Assembly (NCBI RefSeq): GCF_035084215.1
Contig: NC_090336.1
Location: forward strand, 22,444,001-22,508,000
DNA length: 64,000 nt
Direction: 5' to 3'
From: Heptranchias perlo
Taxonomy: Eukaryota
Position numbers and translations under genes: made by a program. The notes beneath the pieces are model-generated. The model was not told where the DNA came from. It was given only the letters and a program-made list of their open reading frames with translations, and searched no databases. Shown piece after piece: positions 24,320 to 36,066 of the stretch; the stretch's first letter is position 1; every line of letters begins with the position of its first letter.

Positions 24320-24435
24320 CGGATGTTGCGGGAGGTTATGCGCATGCTCCGCGACGTCGCGTCCCCGGTTTCCATGAAAGCCGCGGCGGCCTCGATAACC
24401 GCTGGATGGGGAACCGAGTGAACGGCGTTCACCAG
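24320..24435 (+). promoter_or_regulatory. Probable TMEM138 promoter and non-coding first exon
   Basis: CpG island, NRF1-like GCGCATGCTC about 24340, palindrome GCGACGTCGC, X-box-like GTTTCCATGAAAGC about 24368-24381, donor CAG|GTGAGC after 24435. No other CpG island is visible before the TMEM138 ATG. Confidence 0.65.
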
Positions 24436-25141
24436 GTGAGCAATCACTTTGAATTCTCCTTTAAACAGTGGGACTGGCTCCTACCCCGGACCTGTGGACA
24501 GCTCCACCTCACCTCACCAAACAAAACCATCGCTTGTTGGAAGTTCTGCATCGGACGGTGAGGCTCAGGAGGTGAAACCTGGGGATGGAGAAGGAAACCG
24601 GCCGGACTCGGTTGTGTTTAGGGGATGGGGATGGGTCGGTGCCGAGTGTGGGGACCCCAGGATTAGTGTGGGGACCCTTCCCGTTCTTAGTTTACATTCA
24701 CAGGACGATTATTGACGAGGAGGGCCATTCGACCCATCTTAATTTATCCATTCAGAGATCTCCTATCATCACGACTGATGTTCCTCAGATAATTCCAGAG
24801 CCCTTGCTCCCACTTCTCTCGCTGAAAGTTTACTCTACATAATGATCACTTTGTGTAAAGGCTTTCCTGCTAAAAGTACCCGTCTCTAGTTTGAACCTGT
24901 GTCCATTAATTCTACTCTTGTTTGTTTAATTTCAAATAATATTATGGGTTAACTTTTTCTATACTTTTAACAATTTTATAGACCTCTAATAAAATTACCT
25001 CTCGGTCGCTTCCTTTGCAGGCTGGAAAGCCGAAGTTTCTCCACTTTTTGCTCATAAGCCAGACACTCCCGGTACTGCCTCCGGGGAGGACTGGCATATT
25101 TCTCTTGTTTCTTTATGATCGGAACTAGGTGTAGTATTCCT

Positions 25142-25252
25142 CCTGACGAAGGAGGAAGCCTCCGAAAGCTTGTGATTTCAAATAAAGCTGTTTGACTATA
25201 ACCTGGTGTTGTAAGACTCCACCCCAGTCCATCACCGGCATCTCCACATCAT
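25142..25252 (+). mobile_element. Short Penelope-like fragment with hammerhead core (copy 3, divergent subfamily), inserted in an old minus-strand CR1
   Basis: CTGACGA-A-GGAGG aag CCTCC-GAAA-GCTT-GTGA...ACCCCAGTCCATCACCGGCATCTCCACATCAT; same 3' end as copy 1; 5' strand of stem I lost. Confidence 0.75.
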
Positions 25253-26974
25253 GGTCTAATTAGAGCACTATAAGGTTTGGTCATTACCTTCTCTGACTTA
25301 TTCTACTGTTTTAGCCATGTAGTTCAATGTCCTATTAGCTTTGTTGATTGCTGTTCTGCATTGGATATGTTTAGTGTTGAGTATATTAAGGCTCCTAGGT
25401 CTCTTTCAACTTAATACTTAGCTATTTCAACACCATTCTTAGAGTGTGTCATCTATTTTTTTCTTCCTACTTGTAGCAATTTACATTTGTTGACATTAAA
25501 TCTTATCTGCTATCTTTCTGACCATTTTCATATCTTGTTCAACTCATTCTGTAATTTTGAAGGATGGAGGAAATGATTGGTGAAGAGTTGTTGTTCTGAC
25601 TACAGGAATGATCTTAAGTAGATTTGGCCATGAAGTGAGAATGACAGTACTGCTTGAGGTGGTTAGGCCAGATCTGGAAATGGACAAGGTTGATTTCTTC
25701 CTACGTGCTTCCAAGCTTCTGGCCCAAGGAGATGAGGCAATGGAGGTGGCTGTTGTAGCAGGGTTGGGAGTGGAAAAACATCTGGTGGAGACAATGGTGT
25801 CAATTATAGAGGTGAGACAGTTGTGCATTAGATGATAAAAGATGTTGATTTTATTGTGGGTGGTAGGCCAGGGAATGGGAGGTTGGAACTTTTGAGGACC
25901 CTTGTGAGGGAGTTGGGAAGTGATTTTTTTCCCAGGGTTGGTAGGTGAGAATGGAGTGGAGGGGTGAGCATGGGATGTGTATTAAAATGATGAGGAAATG
26001 ATTAAAGGGAGTTTGGAGGGTGATTGGCCATGAAACCTTTAAGTCTATGTGTTGTGTTAAAGTTGAGGGGAGACCTTGTGTCTGGGTGATTGAATAATAA
26101 TAATGGGTTGGGTTGGCAGTGCAGTGCTACAGTTGGTCTTGACTCCTGGTTGGCAAGGTTCAGATTTCCTGCTTCTGGTCACTAAACAGTGACTCCTGCT
26201 TCTGGGGTGTGTGTGTGTGTGCACGCATTCTGACATTCTATTGTTCTGTGAGGATAGGATTGGGCTTGTTCGCATATGAAAATCAAATAACCTACTGGGG
26301 TTCACTGCTAGGCTCACATATGATGAATGGCCACTTGGGTGAGGTACCGAAAGGCTGATGGTGTCCATGGAACTGTAGCCCAGCAGGAGTCAGCATCTTG
26401 AGGGGAAAAAAATGGAAACAAACAGTAATAGGTTTAACCTGTGCTACAGGGAATTGAGGATAGCTGCAGTTTGCAGGCTTGGAGACGATATGCAGTCTCC
26501 CAGTCAGTTCGGCTGCCTGCCTCCGTGGTGAACAAGAGGAGGTTCCACAGTATTAATTCTTTGTGACTACATTTGAGCAATGGTAGTTTGGGCTGCAGGA
26601 AAGGAACTATTTGCAGTGACAGCAGAGAGCAGTGTGGCATTCAATGTTAAAAACCAACCACTCCAGTTGAGTGACTCTTTCTTGTGCCTTCTATTAGAGT
26701 GAGTGAAAGGCCAAGATGTACTTACAAGAAGATGTTCCTAATCCCATAAGTACTGTCTGCATAATTAAAGTACCATATTAATCTGCTTTGTACATACCCT
26801 TTATGTAATCTGTAGTACCAATGGCAGTGGGGGGAAATAAACAGAAATGACTGAAACTTTTTAAAAAATTAGAAATCTAGTTCCATGCAGACTAACACAC
26901 AGGCTGGAGTGCATTACAAGGTAGTAAGATATTAAAGAATAAATCATGACCTTAAGGCTTATGTGGTTTATCAA

Positions 26975-27650
26975 CAACAACTGCATTTATATGTGCCTTT
27001 AATGTTTAAAAAAATGTCCCAAGGTGCATCACAGAAACGTAATAAGATTAAAAATTGACTCCGAGCCAAAGATGAAGTTATGAGGAGGGGTGACAAAGGT
27101 GGGTTTTAAGGAGGGTCTTAAAGGAGGAGAGAGAGGTGGAGCGACAGAGATGTTTAGGGAGGGAATTACAGAGCTCAGGGCCTAGACAGCTAAAGGCATA
27201 GCTGCCAATGGTGGAATGAAGGGAGTAGGAGACACATAATAAACCAGAGTTGGGAGGAATGCAGAGTTCTCGGAGGATTGTAGGGCTGGAGAAGGTTACA
27301 GAGATGGGGAGGGGCGAGTCCATAAAGGGAATTGAACACGAGGATGAGCATTTTAAATTGGAGATATTGGGGACCAGGAACCAATGTAGGACAGTGAGCA
27401 CAGGGAAGATGGGGGAACTGGACTTGGTGTGGGTTAGGATACTGGTAGCAGAGTTTTGGGTGAGCTGAGGTTTATGGAGGATGGGAGCCCAGCCAGATGA
27501 GCATTGGAATAGTCGAGTCTGGAGGTGACAGGCATGGGTGGAGGTGGGCGATCTTAGAAGTAGGTGGTCTTTGTGATGGAGAGAATATGGGGGCGGAGCT
27601 CAGCTCGGAGTTAATTGGGTCGCTGAGGTTGTGAACAGTCTGATTCAAAC
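26975..27650 (-). mobile_element. L2 LINE 3' fragment
   Basis: LHWFLVP...FKMLILVFNSLYGLAPPHL...FKTLLKTHL, L2 ORF2 C-terminus, with L2 tail. Confidence 0.8.
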
Positions 27651-28892
27651 CGAGACAGTTGTCGGATAGGGAGTGGAATCTCTGGTGAGTGTATAGAGTT
27701 TCTGATGGTAGGGTCCCATGGGAGCCAGCCAGCCACCAGTATGTTGTTCAAGTTGCCACTCTTCATGTAAGCTTATGTGGCAAGTATCAGCAGGATGTTT
27801 GATTGTGGGCTGTAATGCAACCAAGATCTGATGTCTACACATTCACTTTCTAGCAGGAGTCACTAGGTGACAATTAAGAATGGGAACCATTTCTGATTTT
27901 ATTTCCTACTCGCCTGGCCTTGGAGGCTGGTATCAATCATAGTGCTGCTACCACCGCCTGTCTGAGATTAGATAACTCGGCACAGACTAGGGATCAAACC
28001 TGAGACCTTAGTTTGGATGGCCCAGGATGACAGCAACAACAACTTGCATTTATGCAGCGCCTTGTAGTAAAACGTCGCAAGGAGCTTCACAGGAGCGTTA
28101 TCAAACAAAATTTGACACTCAGCCATGTGAGGTCATAGGACAGGTGACCAAAAGCTTGGTCGAAGAGGTAGGTTTTAAGGAGCATTTTAAAGGAGGAGAG
28201 AGGGGTTTAGGGAGGGAATTCCAGAGCTTAGAACCAAGGCAGCACGGCATGTACATTTTAACAACTATATAACAACAGAGTTCACAACAAGGTTGAGGAG
28301 TATTCTCTGAACTTGATTGTTATCAGCTATTTCATTGTTCAGTTAGCTTTGCCTTATGCTATCACTTTATAATTTTGAAAGTAGACGATGTAAGGATCTG
28401 AATGGCTGTGAATTTTTTCTATTCTTACAAAATGCAGCTTATAAAGCACGCAGATTATAGTAAATCCCTTGGTGGTGGAGCGATTCAGTTTATACAACAA
28501 GCCAAATATAGACTGTGGTGTAGTGCTCTGTGTCTGACTTCACTAGACTTGCACAGCATTATTTCTGCAGAGGTGGGGGTGGGACTGGGACTGGGAAGAG
28601 CTTATCAGCTGGCATCACTAGCACAGGCTTGTTGTACAGGTGTTGAGCCCAGAGGGAGCCAGAACGGAAAGAGATTGCAGATTAATGGAAAAACAAGCAA
28701 GGTGCCCTGAACCAATGTAGTGAGACACAAACTTGAGAATGGGCTCATGCTGCAGAAAGCCATTGCCTTTTTTGTTCCTGCAAGTGCTGATTTTGTCTGG
28801 GTACAATTCCATTGGCATAAATAACTGGTACAAGTGAGCTGAAACTAATGATTTTCAAACTAGGATCCCTGAGGTCACCAACTAACGTTTTA

Positions 28893-29810
28893 TAAGAACA
28901 TAAGAAATAGGGGCAGGAGTAGGCCAATCGGCCCTTCGAGCCTGCTCCGCCATTTAATAAGATCATGGCTGATCTGATCCTAACCTCAAATCTAAATTCA
29001 TGTCCAATTTCCTGACCGCTCCCCGTAACCCCTAATTCCCTTTACTTCTAGGAAACTGTCTATTTCTGCTTTGAATTTATTCAATGATGTAGCTTCCACA
29101 GCTTCCTGGGGCAGCAAATTCCACAGACCTACCACCCTCTGAGTGAAGAAGTTTCCCCTCATCTCGGTTTTGAAAGAGCAGCCCCTTATTCTAAGATTAT
29201 GCCCCCTAGTTCTAGTTTCACCCATCCTTGGGAACATCCTCACCGCATCCACCCGATCAAGCCCCTTCACAATCTTATATGTTTCAATAAGATCGCCTCT
29301 CATTCTTCTGAACTCCAATGAGTAGAGTCCCAATCTATTCAACCTCTCCTCATATGTCCGCTCCCTCATCCCCGGGATTAACCGAGTGAACCTTCTTTGT
29401 ACTGCCTCGAGAGCAAGTATGTCTTTTCTTAAGTATGGACACCAAAACTGTATGCAGTATTCCAGGTGCGGTCTCACCAATACCTTTATATAACTGCAGC
29501 AATACCTCCCTGTTTTTATATTCTATCCCCCAGCAATAAACGCCAACGTTCCGTTGGCCTTCTTGATCACCTGCATACTAACTTTTTGATTTTCTTGCAC
29601 TAGGACCCCCAGATCCCTTTGTACTGCAGTACTTTCCAGTCTCTTGCCATCAAGATAATAACTTGCTCTCTGATTTTTCCTGCCAAAGTGCATAACCTCA
29701 CATTTTCCAATATTGTATTGCATCTGCCAAATCTCCGCCCACTCACCCAGCCTGTCTATATCCCCCTGCAGGTTTTTTATGTCCTCCTCACTCTACTTTC
29801 CCTCCCATCT
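28893..29810 (-). mobile_element. Young CR1 3' fragment, same subfamily as 47391-49115
   Basis: ORF 28998-29480 is nearly identical to the C-terminus of ORF 47582-48403; tail (TTCTTATG)n. Confidence 0.9.
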
Positions 29811-30064
29811 TTGTGCAACTTTCTGAATTCATATTCAGATGATACAGTGACTACTAGTTGCAAGCAGGCACATTGATGCTGAACACACAAAGCTCTCTAA
29901 CTCTTGCTTTCATCAGTGGGATGGCAGTAAGTGGGAGGGGAACAGCTTGAAATGAAAACACAAATGGCAGAATGCCGACCCAGACTGACAAGCAGGCCAA
30001 CTCGTACATCCATTGGCTGTTATGCTGTGTGCTTTAGTTCTTAATGGCTCCCAACCGGTTGCCT

Positions 30065-30360
30065 CAGCTTTTCATTATATTTATAAATGACTTAGATGAA
30101 GGAATAGAGAGCTGTATATCCAAGTTTGCTGATGACACCAAGTTAGGTGGCACAGTAAATAATGAAGATGAGAGCAGATGTTACAAAGGGACATTGATAG
30201 ATTAAGTGAGTGGGCAAAGCTGTGGCAGGTAGAGTTCAATATGGGGCAGTGTGAGGTTCTCCACTTTGGACCTAAGAAAGATGGATAAGAGTATTTTCTA
30301 AATGGTGAGAAGCTAGGAACTGTGGAGGAGCAGGGAGAGTTAGGGGTCCAAGTACAGCAA
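30065..30360 (+). mobile_element. CR1 RT fragment
   Basis: aagtttgctgatgacaccaagttagg (KFADDTKLG) motif. Confidence 0.7.
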
Positions 30361-31324
30361 ATTTCATTTTGTGTACAAAGTCATGTTTTGGTTTGTAAGA
30401 AGTGCAGAAGCTGACTTTCCGAAGAGCACGATTTAAAGATTTTATTTGGGAAGTGTTTTGAATTGTAACAGTTGTCATGCAGCATCCATGCATGCACACT
30501 TCCCAGCGGCAGGAGTTGTGAGGTGGGGGGGGTCATTGGCTTTCGATCGGGGTGTGATCCCTGACTGATTTTTGTCTCCCTAGTTGCAGGTAAATAGTGT
30601 TCAACCGCTGCATTGGCTGAGATCAAACTTGGGACCCCAGCCTGTATGGATCAATAACTGAGTCATGGGAACTCAGCCTCTCTAGAGGAATTGGCTTTGT
30701 AAGTTTATTCTGATGAAAGGAATAGCATTTATCACTACTGAGCAGAATCGTTAGTTGATTCGTTTGCTTGTTTTGTTATTGCAGTTCATTCCTGGAGCAT
30801 GGTATTTGTGCCTAAATTGAACCTTGACCACAGAATGCATTAAATTCTGTGCTGCAGATTGGAAGGTCTGAGGACTTCACCTACTGTACTGCATATAAAG
30901 ACTAGAATTTTGTGCTACTGGGAGCTGAAAATGGGGGGGATGTCATATTTGAGTCATTACTTTCGGTGTTATTCTAGCATAGCTCAGATGGATTTAAAAT
31001 GGCTTTCTAAATGATCACGCTGACGGGGATCCCGTGACTTGACTTAACCCAAGCCGGTTGTTGGGCAGGATCTGATCACATGTCAGCCAGAAACATCAGG
31101 ATATCAGTTGGAGCATGGAGAACCAAAGCTTTCAATGAGACAAACTCCTGCTGGCAAAATCCACTTGGAGTGGAACAGCTGATTTGTTGACTTTTCTGGC
31201 TGGTAGGATGTTCATGATCGGGCTGTGCCTGAGAAAGGGTTCGGATGCTGCTCCTTAGATTGAAAAGCTATTTTAAAAAAAAAGTAAAGGTGGACTCGTA
31301 TATAAACTTTGTAAATGAAGTTAC

Positions 31325-31676
31325 TTGGAGAAATTAGAGAAGCTGGGATTGTTCTTAGAGCAGAGAATTGATGAAGGGAGATTTAATAGAGGTGAGATGT
31401 TCAAAATCAGGAAGGGTTTTGATAGGATAAATTAGGAGACACCGTTTCCACTGGCAGATGGTTCGGTAACCAGAGGACACAGATTTAAGGTAATTGGCAA
31501 AAGAACAAGAGGTAAGATGAGAATTGTTTTTATGCAGTGAGTTATGATCTGGAATGCACTGCCTGAAAGGGTACTGGAAGCAGATTCAATAGTAACTTTC
31601 AAAAGGGAATTGGATAAATACTTGATGGGGAAAAATTTGCAGGGCTATGGGGAAAGAGCAGGGGAATAGGACTAAT
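31325..31676 (+). mobile_element. CR1 3' fragment
   Basis: EKLGLF...RGDLIE...TRGHRFKV...WNALPERV pattern in DNA. Confidence 0.7.
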
Positions 31677-34600
31677 TTCGATTCATGGGGCACTGGCACC
31701 AGTTCTGGGGAAAGAGGGAGCTGTTCTGCTGGGACGGCTCCACTTAAACCGGGTTGGAACCAGTATCATGGCCAATCGAATAACTAAGGCTGTAGATAGG
31801 GCTTTAAACTAAAAAGGAGGGGGAAGGGGTCAGATGAGGGGAAATTTAGAAATCTAATGAGTAAATTCAAGGCAACAGGGCAGTGTAGTGATTTGGGTAA
31901 AGATAAGCAGAGTGTGGCAGGAAGGGACAGAGAGTTTAACGGTAATAGTGCAGCAGGGAAAAATGATAAAAAATTAAAATTAGAGGCCCTTTATCTGACT
32001 GCACGGAGCATTCGTAATAAGATAGATGAATTAGTTGCACGAATAGAGATAAGTGGGTTTGATCTAATAGCCATTACTGAGACGTGGTTGCAAGGTGACC
32101 AAGGTTGGGAACTAAATATTCCAGGGTACTTGACGTTCTGAAAAGACAGGCAGAATGGAAAAGGAGCAGGTGTAGCTCTGATAATAAAGGATGACATAAG
32201 GACAGTGGTGAGAAAGGATCTTGGCTCAGAACATCAGGAAGTAGAATCAGTATGGGTGGAGATAAGAAATAAAAAGGGACAGAAAACACTGGTGGGAGTA
32301 GTTTATAGGCCCCTAATAGTAGCTGTACCATTGGACAGAGTATTAATCAAGAAATAATTTTTTTGATGAGGTAAGAGAAAGGATAGATGAGGGCAATGCA
32401 GTTGATGTGGTGTATATGGACTTTCAAAAGGCGTTTGGTAAAGTGCTGCATGGTAGGCTTGTCATCAAGATTGTGGCCCATTGAATAAAGGGGGCAGTAG
32501 CAACATGGATACAGAATTGGCTAAGTGACAGGAAACAGAGTAGTGGTGAATGATTGATTTTTTTTTGGACTGGAGGAAGGTGTACAGTGGTGTTCCCTGG
32601 GGGTCGGTGCTGGGACCACTGCTTTTCTTGATATATATTAATGACGTGGACTTGTGTATACAGGGCACAATTTCAAAATTTGCAGATGACACAAAACTCG
32701 GAAGGGTAGTAATCAGTGAGGAGGATAGTAATAGGCTTCAAGAGGATATAGAGAGGCTGGTGGCACGGGCGAACGTGGCAGATGAAATTTAACGCAGAAA
32801 AATGCAAAGTGATACATTTTGGTAGGAAGAATGAGGAGAGGCAATATAAACTAGAGGGCACAATTCTAAAAGGGGTACAGGAACAGAGAGATCTGGGGGT
32901 ATATGTGCACAAATCGTTGAAGGTGGCAGGGCAGGTTGAGAAAGCGGTTTTAAAAAACAAACAGGATCCTGGGCTTTATAAATAGAGGCATAGAGTACAA
33001 AAGTAAACAAATTATGTTGAACCTTTATAAACCACTGGTTTGGCCCAGTTCTGGGCACCGCACTTTAGGAAAGATATGAAGACCTTAGAGAGGGTGCAGA
33101 AGAGATTTACTAGAATGATTCCAGGGATGAGGGACTTTAGGTACATGGATAGACTGGAGAAGCTGGGGTTGTTCTCCTTGGAACAGAGACGGTTGTGAGG
33201 AGATTTGATAGAGGTATTCAAAATCATGAAGGGTCTAGACAGAGTAGATAGAGAGAAACTGTTCCCATTGGCAGAAGGGTCAAGAACCAGAGAGCATAGA
33301 TTTAAGGTGATTGGCAAAAGAACCAAAGGTGACATGAGGGAAAAACCTTTTTACACGGCAAGTGGTTAGGATCTGGGATGCAGTGCCTGAGGGGGTGGTT
33401 GAGGCAGATTCAATCATGGCCTTCAAAAGGCAACTGGATAAGTACTTGAAAGGAAAAAATTTGCAGGGCTACGGGGATAGGGTGGGGGAGTGGGACTAAC
33501 TGGATTGCTCTTGCATAGAGCCAGCGCAGACTCGATGGGCTGAATGGCCTCCTTCCGTGTTGTAACCTTTCTATTATTCTATGATTCTATGATTCTAGTA
33601 GGAACTTGTAACAAAGGTAATGCAATAATTGTGGTGGACTTTAATCTACATATAGACTGGACAAATCAAATTGGCAAAGGTAGTCTGGAGGACGAGTTCA
33701 TAGAATGCATTCGAGACAGTTTCCTAGAAGAATATGTCATGGAACCAACCAGGGAACAGGCTATTTAAGATCTTATATTGTGTAGTGAGACAGGGTTAAT
33801 TAGTAATCTCACAGTAAAGGATTCCTTGGGGAAGTGATCATAATATGATAGAATTTCTCATTGAGTTTCAGAGTGACATACTTAAGTCAGAAACTAGAGT
33901 CTTAAATAAAGCCAATTACATAGGTATGAGGGGCGAGTTGGTAAAGGTAGATTGGGAAATTAGATTAAAGTGTATGACTGTAGATAAGCAATGGCAAACA
34001 TTTAAAGAAATATTTCAACATTCTCAACGAATATACATTCCATTGAGAAATAAAAACTCCACTGGAAAAGTGATTCATCCGTGGCTAACTAAAGAAGTTA
34101 AGGATAGTATTAGATTAAAAGAAGAGGCCTACAACGTTGCCAAGAAGAGAAGTAAGCTTGAGGATTGGGAGAGTTTTAGAAACCAGCAAAGAATGTCCCA
34201 AAAATTGATGATAAGGGAGAAAATAGAATATGAAAGTAAATTAGCAAGAAATGTAAAAATGGATTGTAAGAGCTTCCACAAGTATGAAAAAAGGAAGAGA
34301 GTAGCAAAAGTAAACATTGGTCCTTTAGAGGCTGAGACAGGAGAAATTATAATGGGGAAGCAGGAAATGGCAGATGTGTTAAACTAATATTTTATAACTG
34401 TCTTCACAGTAGAAGACACAAAAAACATACCAGAAATAGTGGGGAACCAAGGGGCTAATGAGAGTGAAGAACTTAAAGTAATTAATATCAGTAGAGAAAA
34501 AGTACTGGAGAAACTAATGGGACTAAAAGCCGACAAATCCCCTGGACTTGATGGCCTACATCTTAGGGTTCTGAAAGGGTGGCTGCAGAGATAGTGGATT

Positions 34601-36066
34601 CATTGGTTGTGATCTTCCAAAAGTTTTTAGATTCTAGAACGGTCCCAGTGGATTGGAAGGTAGCAAATGTAACACTGCTATTCAAGAAAGGAGGGAGAGA
34701 GAAAACAGGGAACTACAGACCAGTTAGCCTGACATCGGTCATCGGGAAAATGCTGGAATCCATTATTAAGGAAGTGGTAACAGGGCACTTAGAAAATTAT
34801 ATTATGATTAGGCAGAGTCAATACGGTTTTATGAAAAGGAAATCATGTTTGACAAATCCATTAGAGTTTTTTGAGGATGTAACTAGCAGGGTAGATAAAG
34901 GGGAACCAGTGGATGTAGCATATTTGGATTTTCAAAAGGCATTCAATAAGGTGTAACGACCTTTTATGCGGCACCATATAAGGGATCATGGGGTCGGGGG
35001 TAATATATTAGCGTGGATAAAGGATTGGTTAACAGACAGAAAACAGAGAGTAGGGATAAACGGGTCATTTTCAGGTTGGCAAGCTGTGACTAGTGGGGTG
35101 CCACAAGGATCGATGTTTGGGCCTCAGCTATTTACAATCTATATTTAATGATTTATGAAGGGATAAAGTGTAATGTATCCAAGTTTGCTGATGATACAAA
35201 GCTAGGTGGGAAAGTAAGTTGTGAGGAGGACAGAGAGTCTGCAAGGGGATATAGATAGGTTAAGTGAATGGGCAAGAAGGTGGCAGATGGAGTATAATGC
35301 AGGGAAATGTGAGGCTATTCACTTTGGTAGGAAGAATAGAAAAACAGAATATTTTTTAAAATGGTGAGAAATTATTAAATGTTGTTGTTCAGAGAGATTT
35401 GGGTGTACTTGTACAAGAAGCACAAAGTTAGCATGCAGGTACAGCAAGCAATTAGGAAGGCAAATGGGGCTGGAGTACAAGAGTAAGGAAGTCTTACTAC
35501 AGTTGTAAAGGGCTTTGGTGAGACCTCACCTGGAGTACTTTGTACAGTTTTGGTCTCCTTATCTAAGGAAGGATATACTTGCCTTGGAGGCAGTGCAACG
35601 AAGGTTCACTAGATTGATTCCTGGGATGAGAGGGTTGTCCTATGAGCGGTTGAGTAGAATTGACCTATACTCTTGAGTTTAGAAGAATGAAAGGTGATCT
35701 AATTGAAGCATATAAGATTCTGAGGGGGCTTAACAGTGTAGATGCTGAGAGGTTGTTTCCCCTGGCTGGAGAGTCTAGAACTAGGGGGCATAAGGGGTTG
35801 GCCATTTAAGACTGTGATGAGGAATTTCTTCACTCAGAGGGTTGTGAATCTTTGGAATTCTCTGCCCCAGAGGGCTGTGGATGCTCAGTCGTTGAGTATA
35901 TTCAAGGCTCAGTTAAGTAGATTTTTCGACTCTAGGGGAATCAAGGGATTTGGGGATCGGGTTGGAAAGTGGAGTTGAGGTCGAAGATCAGCCAAGATCT
36001 TATTGAATGGCGGAGCAGGCTCGAGGGGCCGTATGGCTAACACCTGCTCCTATTTCTTATGTTCTT
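31677..36066 (+). mobile_element. Long CR1 (ORF1 esterase C-terminus, ORF2 endonuclease and RT), interrupted by a nested CR1
   Basis: ORF1 end FMGHWHQFWGKRELFCWDG..LNRVGT..RITKAVDRALN*; ORF2 start LYLTARSIRNKIDEL..IAITETWL (APE endonuclease); resumes at about 33598 after the nested copy; 3' tail at about 36066. Confidence 0.88.
32360..33597 (+). mobile_element. Nested 5'-truncated CR1 with (ATTCTATG)n tail
   Basis: Starts mid-RT (ttttttgatgaggtaa), GSVLGP/FADD motifs, ends attctatgattctatgattcta; same subfamily as 50465-51810 and 43690-45590. Confidence 0.85.

Noticed and set aside
23686-24447. Long overlapping ORFs (253, 209, 165 and 118 aa) on both strands
   Set aside because: They follow from a stop-free 57-bp (multiple of 3) GC-rich tandem repeat; no sign of a real protein.
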